64,000 bases of DNA from Candidatus Bathyarchaeota archaeon (GTDB taxonomy: Archaea; Thermoproteota; Bathyarchaeia; Bathyarchaeales; Bathycorpusculaceae), in NCBI GenBank assembly GCA_963828195.1, contig CAWHDT010000001.1:288001-352000 (forward strand), written 5' to 3'. The position numbers were made by a program, and so were the translations under genes. The notes under the pieces were generated by a model that was given only the letters and a program-made list of their open reading frames with translations, did no database searches and was not told the origin of the DNA. Of this stretch, positions 8,625 through 18,099 are shown piece by piece. The first letter of the stretch is position 1, and each line of letters starts with the position of its first letter.

Positions 8625-9422
8625 ATGCCTGCTCTCCAAGAAATCTGGGGTGTTCTGACCTATATTTTGACATTCATAGCTGGAGTCATATCACTAATGC
8701 TTGCTGATGCCCTGAGCAATTATTTGCACAAACCAAAAATTATCATTGAAACAGTTAGCAAAAAAATAGAAGACACAAATAATCGCCGCATAAGCGATTT
8801 AGGCTTCGTTGTTAGCGTTAAGAGAAAAATGGTGAAAGACGCAAGAGTTCGATGCAATGGTAAAGAATATTCTTGGGTAGGCGAGAAGGATGATACTGTT
8901 GAAAGAAAAGATTTGTATGTAGGTGATATTCCCAGCAAATTTTTCCCTTTTGAAGGCACTCTTGAGTATTTGGAAAATGTCACTGTTGAATACTTGAAAA
9001 ATACATCTAAACTTCCTTCTAATTATCATTGGGCTTTTTTTGCTGATAAGAAACACAAACCCCTTCTTGGTTTGTCGAATAAAGGCGTGTTAATGACACT
9101 TAGAGATAAGGTGACAAAGGAAACTATACTATCAAACGGAATTGTTCTACCGAGGTTTGAAGAACTGCCAAAAGATTTTCATGCTTGGGATGTGCAGGCA
9201 TCTTTAAACGTTAATAGACTTAAAACATTCGATGTTTCTATAAGGTTAATCGGTGAAGGCATCGAAGAAGAAAAGGACTATGTGATGAGCCTTTCTTTTT
9301 ATGCTCTTAATATGTCTGTAATTGAGGATAAATTAGCTTTAAATCAAATTAAAGTGAACTTAAATCTAAAAAGTAAAAAAAGATTTCATTTTAAAAATCA
9401 GGATTTTACGCTTGCGTTTTGA
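8625..9422 (+). CDS. Hypothetical IS passenger protein with an N-terminal TM anchor
   Basis: Long AT-rich ORF; hydrophobic segment WGVLTYILTFIAGVISLMLA; lies inside the TIRs. Confidence 0.7.
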   Translation: MPALQEIWGVLTYILTFIAGVISLMLADALSNYLHKPKIIIETVSKKIEDTNNRRISDLGFVVSVKRKMVKDARVRCNGKEYSWVGEKDDTVERKDLYVGDIPSKFFPFEGTLEYLENVTVEYLKNTSKLPSNYHWAFFADKKHKPLLGLSNKGVLMTLRDKVTKETILSNGIVLPRFEELPKDFHAWDVQASLNVNRLKTFDVSIRLIGEGIEEEKDYVMSLSFYALNMSVIEDKLALNQIKVNLNLKSKKRFHFKNQDFTLAF

Positions 9423-10516
9423 ATTAGGGTTTTCCATTTGTTTTCGCCTTCTATTGTTATTCCGCATGCTTCGCTCGGAGTTTTACCATCTAACGCTTCA
9501 TGCGGTCTGATATAGTTGTGGAATAACTGATAACCCGTAAGAATGGTTGTTGCATCCATCTTTAGTCCTCTCATGGTTTTTTCTCTGTCACGGATTTCAC
9601 CGTTCATTCTTTCCATCTTGTTATTGTTGTGGTCGCCTCTCAAAGTGATGTGTCTTACGTGTTGTGTTCTTGGATTCTTCAGTGTCCAAAATTCCTTTTT
9701 GTAAGCATCATGATAAGAGGCTAATCCATCAGTTATGAAAGTCATTGGTTTTTTACCCATCAATTCCTTAGACATCCTGAGAAGGTTTCTTGCATCATGT
9801 TTGTCTTTTGATTGTGCTACCTCTTGCGCTATCCAAAACCTTGTCTCATCATCCATCATTGAAAAGAGGTATTTCATGTTGCCTTTTACCTTGATGTAAA
9901 TTTCATCAGCTCTCCAAATGTCACCAACTTTGGGAACTATTTTTTCAGTGTAGTCTTTCATTAAGGCTATGTACTTTTTAATCCAATTATAGACCGTTTG
10001 ATGTGAAACTTCTACCCCTAAAAGTTGTAATGACTCCATTGTGTTTCTCAAGCTTTCTCCGCTAAAGTACAGTTGCATAGCAGAGGTTATTGCTTGAGGG
10101 TTATGTTTCATGCGTTCAAATCCAATGTTGAAAGTGAAGTCTTTTTGGCAGTTTTTACAGTGGAAAACCTGAATATTCCCAGCCTTGTTTTTCCTTATAC
10201 CGTGCTTCACAATGTTGGGAGAAGCACAATAGATACATTGGGTAAGGTTCTCTATTGGAGAGATTGTTCTAACTTTCACTTCTGCTCTCATTGATAATGA
10301 AAAGTTTACGGCGTGAATGTGTTTGCATTCTACATGTCGATAATTAAAATCGGCACAGTCGCATAACCATTCTCCGTCAACCTTGTTAATGGTGTATTCG
10401 CCATTGTTAGATTGAGATTTCACAACATAGAGATAATCGTCTATTCTGTTTACTTGTCCGTTGTGTTGGGCTATTGCTTGACCCCGCATTTCTCTTGTGG
10501 TTGTTAGTTGTGCCAT
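9398..10516 (-). CDS. IS6-family DDE transposase with N-terminal SWIM zinc finger and zinc ribbon
   Basis: CDC...CKHI (SWIM), CIYC...CKNC, VSHQTVYNW HTH, WRADEIYIKVKG, ITDG, NNKMER, HNYIRPH. Confidence 0.92.
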   Translation of the reverse strand: MAQLTTTREMRGQAIAQHNGQVNRIDDYLYVVKSQSNNGEYTINKVDGEWLCDCADFNYRHVECKHIHAVNFSLSMRAEVKVRTISPIENLTQCIYCASPNIVKHGIRKNKAGNIQVFHCKNCQKDFTFNIGFERMKHNPQAITSAMQLYFSGESLRNTMESLQLLGVEVSHQTVYNWIKKYIALMKDYTEKIVPKVGDIWRADEIYIKVKGNMKYLFSMMDDETRFWIAQEVAQSKDKHDARNLLRMSKELMGKKPMTFITDGLASYHDAYKKEFWTLKNPRTQHVRHITLRGDHNNNKMERMNGEIRDREKTMRGLKMDATTILTGYQLFHNYIRPHEALDGKTPSEACGITIEGENKWKTLIQNASVKS

Positions 10517-10530
10517 TTTGCTTACCCTTA

Positions 10531-10629
10531 AATTTACCTAATAGCACACCCACTTATTAATATTTAGGTGTATTGTTGGGCAAGGGTTTAGGTAAATTAA
10601 TATACTGCTTAACCCATAAATACACCTAA
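10531..10629. promoter_or_regulatory. Four copies of TTAGGT(A/G)(A/T)ATT in the divergent transposase/AbrB promoter region
   Basis: Copies at 10531-10541 (rev), 10564-10574 (fwd), 10588-10598 (fwd), 10619-10629 (rev). Confidence 0.55.
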
Positions 10630-10644
10630 CAAGAGGTAAAGAAA

Positions 10645-10830
10645 ATGGGCGAAATAACAAACCTGAACAAAGCAGCCTCAAAAACAGAATCCCTAAGAAC
10701 AACTGTTCCCTCAAGCATCATTCACCAATTCGGCTTAACCGAGTGGGATAAACTTGAGTGGATTCTGAAAGCTGAAGGTGGAGAGCTTATTATTCAAGTT
10801 AAGCCAATAAAGACGGGAAGAACCGAGTAG
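10645..10830 (+). CDS. AbrB/MazE/SpoVT-family DNA-binding protein (IS passenger)
   Basis: SLRTTVPSSIIHQFGLTEWDKLEW swapped-hairpin motif; GAGG RBS upstream. Confidence 0.8.
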   Translation: MGEITNLNKAASKTESLRTTVPSSIIHQFGLTEWDKLEWILKAEGGELIIQVKPIKTGRTE

Positions 10831-10893
10831 ATAATTTATGGCATGCCTCGAAAGTTTACATGGAGAATCAAGCCTTGAGAACTTTACAGAACC

Positions 10894-10901
10894 CTCTCTC
10901 T
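10894..10901. repeat. Right target-site duplication CTCTCTCT
   Basis: Matches 8452-8459. Confidence 0.85.
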
Positions 10902-10928
10902 TAGCAAACGTGCTAAATTCGGCGGAAA

Positions 10929-13664
10929 TTGATAAGTTTTAAAACAACTTGTTGCCTATACTTAAGTGGCTGGCTGTTTCTTAAGTGGTGGTTAAAACTG
11001 GGCATTGAAAAACTTAACAGCATATTTAATCCTAAACGGATAGCTGTAATTGGTGCCAGTGAAAGGGAAGGTTCCATAGGCGCCAAAATTTTAAGTAATT
11101 TAATAGGTGTAGGCTACAAAGGCGTAGTGTACCCCGTAAACGCGTTCAGGGAGACGGTGCAGGGAATAACTGCTTACCCAAGCGTCAGCAAAATTCCGCG
11201 GACACCCGACTTAGCCATTATTGCCACGCCAGCGCATACTGTGCCGCAGATCATTGAGGAGTGTGGTGAGGCCGGCGTCGGTGGAATTATAATATGTTCT
11301 GCCGGTTTTAGAGAGGTCGGTGAAGAGGGTGTACTTATTGAAAATCGAATCCTTGAATGCAAAAAGAAGTATGGTATGCGGATTGTTGGGCCCAATAGTT
11401 TCGGGGTAATTAGACCCAAAATAAATCTCTACGCTACATTTGCGGATGAGCGAGCTATTCCTGGAAAAATCGCGTTTATCTCCCAAAGTGCTGCTTTGTG
11501 TGCTTCCGCGCTGGATTGGGCGTCAGAGGCTCAGGTTGGATTCAGCGCCGTGGTATCCACGGGGTCGATGCTGGATGTGGACTTCGGCGATTTAATTGAT
11601 TATTTTGGTGCGGATGCTCAAACCAAAAGCATCGTTTTATACGTTGAGTCGATGAAAAACGCGAGGAAATTCATGAGTGCCGCCCGAGGCTTTGCAAGGA
11701 CTAAGCCTATAATAGTTGTCAAGGCAGGTCGCTTTCAGGAAAGTGTTATTCCGACTCTTTGCCACAGCGGTTCTTTAGGTGGGGAGGACGCGGTTTATGA
11801 TTCGGCGTTTAGGCGCGCTGGAGTAGTCCGGGTAGAAACCATGGTTGATTTGTTTAACTGCGCCGAAGCGTTAGCGATGCAGCCTAATCCTACTGGACCT
11901 GAATTGACGATCATCACTAACGCTGGCGGTCCAGGTATAATGGCTACAGACCAACTTATTGCGAAAGGCGGAAAACTCTCGCAGCTAAGTGATGAAACGA
12001 TGCAGGCTTTGAAGAGTGTTCTGCCGCATTACTGCAGCACTGTGAACCCGATTGACATTTTCGAGGAAGCTACACCTGCCCGGTTCAGGGATGTTATGGC
12101 GCTTTGCCTTAAGGATCCGAACAGCAATGGTTTTCTGTTGATTTATTCGCCTCAAGTGGCTTCTGATCCTTTCGTCATAGCAGAAGTAGTGACGGAACTA
12201 TCGGAGCAAACGAAAAAGCCCATCCTAACGTGTTTAATGGGCGAAGATTCCAGATGCCGAAAAGCTCGAAGGTTTCTAAGAAGTCACGGTATTCCAACTT
12301 TTCCATCGCCTGAACAAGCCGTTTCAACGTTTATGTACATGTATCGATACACGCAAGACTTGGAGCTTCTTTACCAAACACCCGAAGAACTGCAGGTGGA
12401 GCCAGCAAATTCAGCAGTTCTCAAATCTATCTTAAAGCAGGCTTACTGTCAAGAGCGGAGGGTCCTTGGTTTATCTGAGTCTCTTCGGTTTTTGGAAGCT
12501 TATAAAATCCCAACAGTCAAGACCGTGGTCGCTAGAACTGCAAGTGAAGCTGAAGATTTAGCTGCAAAAATAGGGTTCCCCGTGGCTATGAAAGCTCTGT
12601 CGCCTCAAGCTTCACATAAATCAAAAGTTGACGGGGTTATCCTTAACGTATGCTCAACTTTAGAAGCTCAAGCCTATTTCGGTGAATTACTTAAAAAAAT
12701 ACTGAAGCTAGGCGATAACGTCGAGTTCCAAGGCGTCGCGATTCAACCAATGATTCGCACAAAAAGCTACGAGCTGCTTGTCGGCTCAAAAAAAGATCCT
12801 CAGTTCGGATCCGTGATCATTTTTGGCAAGGGCGGAACTGACGCTGAAATAGTGAAGGATGTAAGCATAGGGTTCCCGCCGCTAAATCAGGTGCTTGCCA
12901 GAAGACTGATAGAGGGCACAGTTATCTATAAGCAAGCAGCGCTATCGGGAGTTCCTTTAAATGTTAAGCTTATCGAGGAAATACTGGTAAAGTTTTCTCA
13001 GCTCGTTATCGATTTTCCAGAGATCAACGAAATCGACATAAACCCCTTGATTGTGGACAAAACCAGCGCTGTCGCAGTTGATGCGCGTATAGTTGTAGAC
13101 ATTGACCATAAAACACGGCGAAACGGTTTTCATGAACACCTAGTTATCGCTCCTTACCCAAGCAAATACGTTTCAGATTGGAAAATGAGAAATGAAACCG
13201 TCGTGCATCTTCGACCCATAAAACCTGAAGATGAAGGCCGATTCAACGAACTTTTCAAGTCGCTTACTCCTGAAACGATGCGTTTCCGATTTTTCGAAAT
13301 CATAAAAGAGCTTTCGCATGAAACGTTAACTAGATACTGCAATTTGGATTATGACAGGGAAATTGCGGTAGTAGCGGAGCTTCCGGACTGCAAGCGAATA
13401 ATCGGTGTCGCAAGATTAATCATGGATCCGGATGGAAAAAGCGGTGAGTACGCAGTTTTGATTGGCGATCAATGGCAAGGATTTGGGTTAGGCCCGGTGT
13501 TCATGGCGTCTCTTATCGAGATTGCGAAGGATAAGCATTTAGAAAAAATATACGGTTACGTGATGGCTAACAACTACAAGATGCAGAGTCTTTGTAATAG
13601 ACTCGGATTCAAGGCTTGTGAGGTTGATGATGAAACAACCCTGAGGTTCCTCGACATAACCTAA
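10929..13664 (+). CDS. ADP-forming acyl-CoA synthetase (alpha+beta) fused to a C-terminal GNAT acetyltransferase; true start probably ~70 nt downstream
   Basis: FNPKRIAVIGAS CoA-binding, GPNSFG, HSGSL, TNAGGPG, DPQFGSVI, EIDINPL, then LRPIKPED...DYDREIA...WQGFGLG (GNAT). Confidence 0.9.
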   Translation: MISFKTTCCLYLSGWLFLKWWLKLGIEKLNSIFNPKRIAVIGASEREGSIGAKILSNLIGVGYKGVVYPVNAFRETVQGITAYPSVSKIPRTPDLAIIATPAHTVPQIIEECGEAGVGGIIICSAGFREVGEEGVLIENRILECKKKYGMRIVGPNSFGVIRPKINLYATFADERAIPGKIAFISQSAALCASALDWASEAQVGFSAVVSTGSMLDVDFGDLIDYFGADAQTKSIVLYVESMKNARKFMSAARGFARTKPIIVVKAGRFQESVIPTLCHSGSLGGEDAVYDSAFRRAGVVRVETMVDLFNCAEALAMQPNPTGPELTIITNAGGPGIMATDQLIAKGGKLSQLSDETMQALKSVLPHYCSTVNPIDIFEEATPARFRDVMALCLKDPNSNGFLLIYSPQVASDPFVIAEVVTELSEQTKKPILTCLMGEDSRCRKARRFLRSHGIPTFPSPEQAVSTFMYMYRYTQDLELLYQTPEELQVEPANSAVLKSILKQAYCQERRVLGLSESLRFLEAYKIPTVKTVVARTASEAEDLAAKIGFPVAMKALSPQASHKSKVDGVILNVCSTLEAQAYFGELLKKILKLGDNVEFQGVAIQPMIRTKSYELLVGSKKDPQFGSVIIFGKGGTDAEIVKDVSIGFPPLNQVLARRLIEGTVIYKQAALSGVPLNVKLIEEILVKFSQLVIDFPEINEIDINPLIVDKTSAVAVDARIVVDIDHKTRRNGFHEHLVIAPYPSKYVSDWKMRNETVVHLRPIKPEDEGRFNELFKSLTPETMRFRFFEIIKELSHETLTRYCNLDYDREIAVVAELPDCKRIIGVARLIMDPDGKSGEYAVLIGDQWQGFGLGPVFMASLIEIAKDKHLEKIYGYVMANNYKMQSLCNRLGFKACEVDDETTLRFLDIT

Positions 13665-13843
13665 AAAACTTGTTCAAAACTGCTTTTGGCAACTTCTAAT
13701 AACTAATTATTTTCGCTTGGCTTAAGAGAAAATGAAGCTATTACAACATTAAACGAAAAGTCCGCCTTATTAAAAAAAATTAAAAAATTAAAGGGAACCA
13801 AAAAGAAAAGAAAGTTAAGACTGCATTTGTAGCGTTGGCTGTT

Positions 13844-14569
13844 TTAGCTCCTGAATTTTTGGAGCTTTCCCAGCATCTCTTTGTCGCCTTCAGCGTCTCC
13901 TGCGCACGTTGCAATTATTCCGTCAACCAAGCCTACTAGCTTTGCCGCTTTCTCTTCCACTGTATCCATTGTTGCCGCCGTGGGCCACCCGATTCTCTTG
14001 ACTATCTCAGCGTTTTTCGATGTGCCGACCAGGAAGTACGCGTAAATCGGCTTGTTCATCTTCTTGCATTCAGCTGCTACTTGCTGGAGAATTGGGAAGG
14101 ATTTGTCTTCAAGCCTCATGAAGTATATGAAGTCCCATGGTTCTTTTGCGCGTTTTATGGCATCCTCTGCGGAGACCCTTGCCGTCAGTAGGCAGCCGAG
14201 TTTAAGGTTCTTTGTTTTAACTGTGTTGCGTATAAAGTCTCTTGCAGCCTCAGATGAAGGTAGCATCTTGATTGGCTCGCCGTATGCGGGTTTATCTCCC
14301 ATGGTGACTGCCAAGCCGTCTAAGCCTATGACGTCGGATGCTAACGCTAAGCCTCCAACTTCAACAGGTCCTTTATAGTGTAGAATGAATATTGGGCAGA
14401 CATATTTTTCTGGGTACTTATTCTTTAAGATGCAACTTACGACGACGCCGCTGGGCGCTGGAAAACCGGCGGCGCTGTCAGTAACGTTCCATCCGTCAAC
14501 TAAATCTTTAATTTCGTCTGCAAGCTTCAAAAATTTGCGTGTAGGGACAAACTCATTTAGTATTTTCAT
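13844..14569 (-). CDS. Divergent methylenetetrahydrofolate reductase (MetF)-like FAD oxidoreductase
   Basis: ILNEFVP...VDGWNVTDSAAG...LAVTMGDKP resembles the MetF TIM-barrel motifs. Confidence 0.6.
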   Translation of the reverse strand: MKILNEFVPTRKFLKLADEIKDLVDGWNVTDSAAGFPAPSGVVVSCILKNKYPEKYVCPIFILHYKGPVEVGGLALASDVIGLDGLAVTMGDKPAYGEPIKMLPSSEAARDFIRNTVKTKNLKLGCLLTARVSAEDAIKRAKEPWDFIYFMRLEDKSFPILQQVAAECKKMNKPIYAYFLVGTSKNAEIVKRIGWPTAATMDTVEEKAAKLVGLVDGIIATCAGDAEGDKEMLGKLQKFRS

Positions 14570-14788
14570 GGAGATTTCATCTCGGCTAAAGGCTAAACAG
14601 ATTTAGATTAAAAAATCTTTTGCATGCTGTGTTGGGTTTGCGTTATGTGTGGAAATGTATGCATATTATTCGCGCTGACAAAACGGTTAAGGCTGTGCGC
14701 CCATTAAAGAGTAAATATTTTTAGGCAACAAAGAGCATTTCAGAGGTACCAGCGCTGGTTTCCACAGCGACACAGCGTTTCTGGCGGC

Positions 14789-15466
14789 TTGGGCATGTTT
14801 GTCTATGCGATTGTACCTGTCAAAAGCTTAGGCGCCTCGAAGAAGCGTCTTTCCCCAGTTCTAAGTCTGCAAGAACGTGGACAACTAACGTTGGCTATGT
14901 TAGAGGACGTTTTAAACGCGTTGCAAGCATCTTCAGTTGACGAAACTGTTGTGGTCAGCTATGATTCAAGGGTACATGAGCTTGCAGGCAAATTCGGCGC
15001 AATGTACCTCTCCCAAAAAATTGGCGGGTTGAACTCTGCGATTAAAGAGGCAACCCAGTGGTGCATGCGGAAGGGCGCTGAAGCTGTTTTAGTAGTGCCC
15101 GCCGACGTCCCGCTTTTGTCCTCTGCGGACGTGGACAGGATTGTTAATCTGGGAAAGTGTAAAGACCAAACCGTGGTGTTGTCTCCTTCATATGATGGCG
15201 GTACAAACGCTCTTTTCCAGAATCCGCCAAACCTCATTCGGGCGTCTTTTGGACCAAGAAGCTTTGCCAAACACTTTAAAGCGGCACAAAGCAAAGGCTT
15301 CTGCGTGAGGCTTTATTACTCCTCGGGCGTGGGTAAGGATATTGATTCTGCCGAAGACCTGAACCAGCTACTGAAAACAGAAAACAGCACTGCGTGCCGT
15401 CGATTTTTGAGCAATTTTAACTTAAGTGGTAATGGGGCAGAGGTTTCGCAGTCAAAATCTCAGTAG
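14789..15466 (+). CDS. cofC: 2-phospho-L-lactate/PEP guanylyltransferase
   Basis: AIVPVK..SKKRLSPVL, GLNSAI, VPADVPLL, GGTNAL, FGPRSFAKH, DIDSAEDL. Confidence 0.93.
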   Translation: MGMFVYAIVPVKSLGASKKRLSPVLSLQERGQLTLAMLEDVLNALQASSVDETVVVSYDSRVHELAGKFGAMYLSQKIGGLNSAIKEATQWCMRKGAEAVLVVPADVPLLSSADVDRIVNLGKCKDQTVVLSPSYDGGTNALFQNPPNLIRASFGPRSFAKHFKAAQSKGFCVRLYYSSGVGKDIDSAEDLNQLLKTENSTACRRFLSNFNLSGNGAEVSQSKSQ

Positions 15467-15539
15467 ACTTCGTAAAATTTAAGGTACCTTATATTAGAAA
15501 ATTGACGTAGGCAGGCTACTTTTTTGGAATTGGAATAAT

Positions 15540-17972
15540 TCATTTCTGCCTGTTTGCGGTGAGGTATGGTAGGATGCGAATTTTAATCTGGTCATTTAAC
15601 AGTAAACCAAACGCGAAGAACCAGCCGAAGGCCAACGCTACATACAATGCGGGTATTGGTGCTAAACCGGGTATTCCAATAATTGAGATTGCCGATGAAA
15701 TGATGATGTCTGCGGTTATTGCAATTAGTAGGGGTTTGCTTGGTTTTGACTTCCAGAAATTGCTTCTTTCTCGAACTACAAATATGGTGAATAATCCGCC
15801 GAAGAGGAGCATGTCAAACGAGAAAGTGTTCAAGGCGGCAGTGTTGGATAGTGCCAGATAGTTCAGCCCAATGTAGAGTAGTCCCAACGACTCAATGACT
15901 GTTGCGACGCCCAGTATCGTGGCTGCCTTAACAAGGTACGTGATATTCCATGATTCAGGTTTCTCTGATGGCCTCACGTTGTCTGTTGAAAGTGAGATGG
16001 TTACGAAGTCCACTAAAAACAGCAATAATACAACTTGAAATGCACCTACAACGAACAATCCCGTAATCAGAAAAGCAACTATTACGAATAGGACGACTTG
16101 GAAGGTTTTGACGATTTTATTGAAGATCCACGTCAAGATTCGCTGGTAAATCATCCTGCCTGTTTGCACCAAATCCACGATGTTGGATAAGCCCTCTTCA
16201 GTCAAAACAGCGCTCGCTGAACCCTTTGCCACATCTGTGGCGTTGCTTACCGCTATCCCAACCTCCGCCTGCTTAAGCGCGGCAGCATCGTTTATGCCGT
16301 CACCAGTCATTCCGACAACGTGTCTTTCAGCCTGCAGACCTTTAACTATGCGGTATTTGCCCTCGGGGTAAATTTCTGCGAAGCCGTCGCTTTGGTCAAC
16401 AATTTCAGCCGCAACAATTGCGTCTTTGTTTGTGGTGCTCTCAACGTCTGCCATGCGGGTGATTTTATCGCCAAGGCCAACTTCTTGAGCGATTTGCTTT
16501 GCAATCGGCTGCGAATCTCCAGTCAGCATCTTGATGGATATTCCCATTGTTCGAAGTTTAGCTATCAGTTTTGAAGAGTCTTTTCTGGGTTTATCATAAA
16601 GCGCCACCAGCCCGACGAAATCCATCTGAGCAGCTTCTTTGCCCGCTGCGACGGCGATAACTCTGTAGCCTTTGTTAGCTAAAGCGTTCGTTATGGTGTC
16701 AATTTCTGTAAGCTCTTCTTTTTTGGGTTGACAAACTCCACACACAGCGGAAACCGCGCCTTTGGTTACCCTCAAAATTTGGCCTTGTTTTTCAACTATG
16801 GCTTCCGTTCTCCTTGTAGACGGGTCAAAAGGTATAAATTTCCTCTGTTTGTATTCGTCAAGACTTATTTTTCTGTCTTCGACAGTGACAAAGAACGCCA
16901 AGTCAATGGGATCCTGATTTGCCTTCTGCGACGCTAATGCACCAAAAATCAAAGCGTCATCTTTCAAGTAATTGCCCATTTCAGCAACCTCAGCTACCGA
17001 CAGCTTGTTTTCTGTAATCGTTCCCGTTTTGTCAACGCATAACACATCCATGAGGGCAGCGTCTTCAGAGGCGCTTAGCCTAGTGACCAGCACCCCTTTT
17101 CTTGAAAGCTCAAAAGAGCCAAGCGACATGGTAATCGTGAACATTGTGGGCAAAGCAACAGGTATTGCAGCTACAATCAGAACTAACGCCAAAGATAAAA
17201 CATCTAAAAGGTTTAGACCTCGCGCCCAAGATACCGCTGCGGCGACAAGAAGCAGAGAAACCACCAAAACAAGAAGCCACTTCATCAGGTTCGAGATAAC
17301 TTCTTCCATGTGCAGTTTTGGTTTGGCTAACTGAACAAGCTGGTTTGTCTTACCGAAATAGGTGTGTGCGCCAGTTGCGGTGATGACGCCTGTGACTTCC
17401 CCCTTTTTAACAAGCGAGCCAGAGTAAACAAGGTCGCCCGCTTTTTTCTCGACGGGTAAGGACTCACCCGTTATTGCTGATTGGTCAACTGTTGCTTCGG
17501 CGTCAACCACCTTAAAGTCCGCGGGAACAAAATCGCCCGACCTGACCCTAATAACATCGCCAGGCACAAGTTCAACCGCGTTTAAAGTTTGCCAGATGCT
17601 ATCTCTCATGACTTTAACCTGTAAATGGAGTTTCTGTTTTAGCGCTGTCACCGCTCTTGTTGCCTGCTGTTCTTGGATAAACCCTAAAACCGCGTTTACA
17701 AGCAGCAGAGCTGCAATTATGTAGACGTCTAAGTATTTGCCTAAAACAAAAGAAAGCACTATCGCAACTTCAAGCATCCAAGGTGCTAGACCCCAGAATT
17801 TCCTTGCAAAAGCCAAGATGGGGCTTGCTTTTTTCTCGGCTACTTCATTGGGTCCGTACTGCTGCCGTTTTTCTTCAACTTGGTTAGAACTCAAACCTTT
17901 TACGTTGTTCACGTCGAAGGAGTCGTCCGCAGGGACCTTTGAATTATCTTTATCGGATTTTTCTGAAGCCAA
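15540..17972 (-). CDS. Plasma-membrane H+-efflux P-type ATPase (P3A-like)
   Basis: TGESLPV, IPVALP, DKTGTIT, LTGD, TGDGINDA; conserved TM6 Asp in LVDFVTISLSTD. Confidence 0.9.
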   Translation of the reverse strand: MASEKSDKDNSKVPADDSFDVNNVKGLSSNQVEEKRQQYGPNEVAEKKASPILAFARKFWGLAPWMLEVAIVLSFVLGKYLDVYIIAALLLVNAVLGFIQEQQATRAVTALKQKLHLQVKVMRDSIWQTLNAVELVPGDVIRVRSGDFVPADFKVVDAEATVDQSAITGESLPVEKKAGDLVYSGSLVKKGEVTGVITATGAHTYFGKTNQLVQLAKPKLHMEEVISNLMKWLLVLVVSLLLVAAAVSWARGLNLLDVLSLALVLIVAAIPVALPTMFTITMSLGSFELSRKGVLVTRLSASEDAALMDVLCVDKTGTITENKLSVAEVAEMGNYLKDDALIFGALASQKANQDPIDLAFFVTVEDRKISLDEYKQRKFIPFDPSTRRTEAIVEKQGQILRVTKGAVSAVCGVCQPKKEELTEIDTITNALANKGYRVIAVAAGKEAAQMDFVGLVALYDKPRKDSSKLIAKLRTMGISIKMLTGDSQPIAKQIAQEVGLGDKITRMADVESTTNKDAIVAAEIVDQSDGFAEIYPEGKYRIVKGLQAERHVVGMTGDGINDAAALKQAEVGIAVSNATDVAKGSASAVLTEEGLSNIVDLVQTGRMIYQRILTWIFNKIVKTFQVVLFVIVAFLITGLFVVGAFQVVLLLFLVDFVTISLSTDNVRPSEKPESWNITYLVKAATILGVATVIESLGLLYIGLNYLALSNTAALNTFSFDMLLFGGLFTIFVVRERSNFWKSKPSKPLLIAITADIIISSAISIIGIPGLAPIPALYVALAFGWFFAFGLLLNDQIKIRILPYLTANRQK

Positions 17973-18099
17973 CTTCGCTAACCCTTACAAGAACCATGTT
18001 TTTTACGATTAGATAAAATATAAACACACTGGGCTAGCAAAGCATTATGCTTCTGTGATGCTCGCATTAAACACTAAAAAATGAAAAGCGGTAACTGCG

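Larger units (their letters stand above)
8460..10893. mobile_element. IS6-family element (2434 bp) carrying two passenger genes
   Basis: TIRs GGAACTGTAAAGT and (rc) GGTTCTGTAAAGT; subterminal IR pair at 8501-8521 and ~10843-10863; 8-bp TSD; DDE transposase inside. Confidence 0.88.

Noticed and set aside
8390-8626. N-terminal 79 aa of the listed cofE ORF
   Set aside because: Runs across the IS left end; CofE similarity starts at GTG 8389
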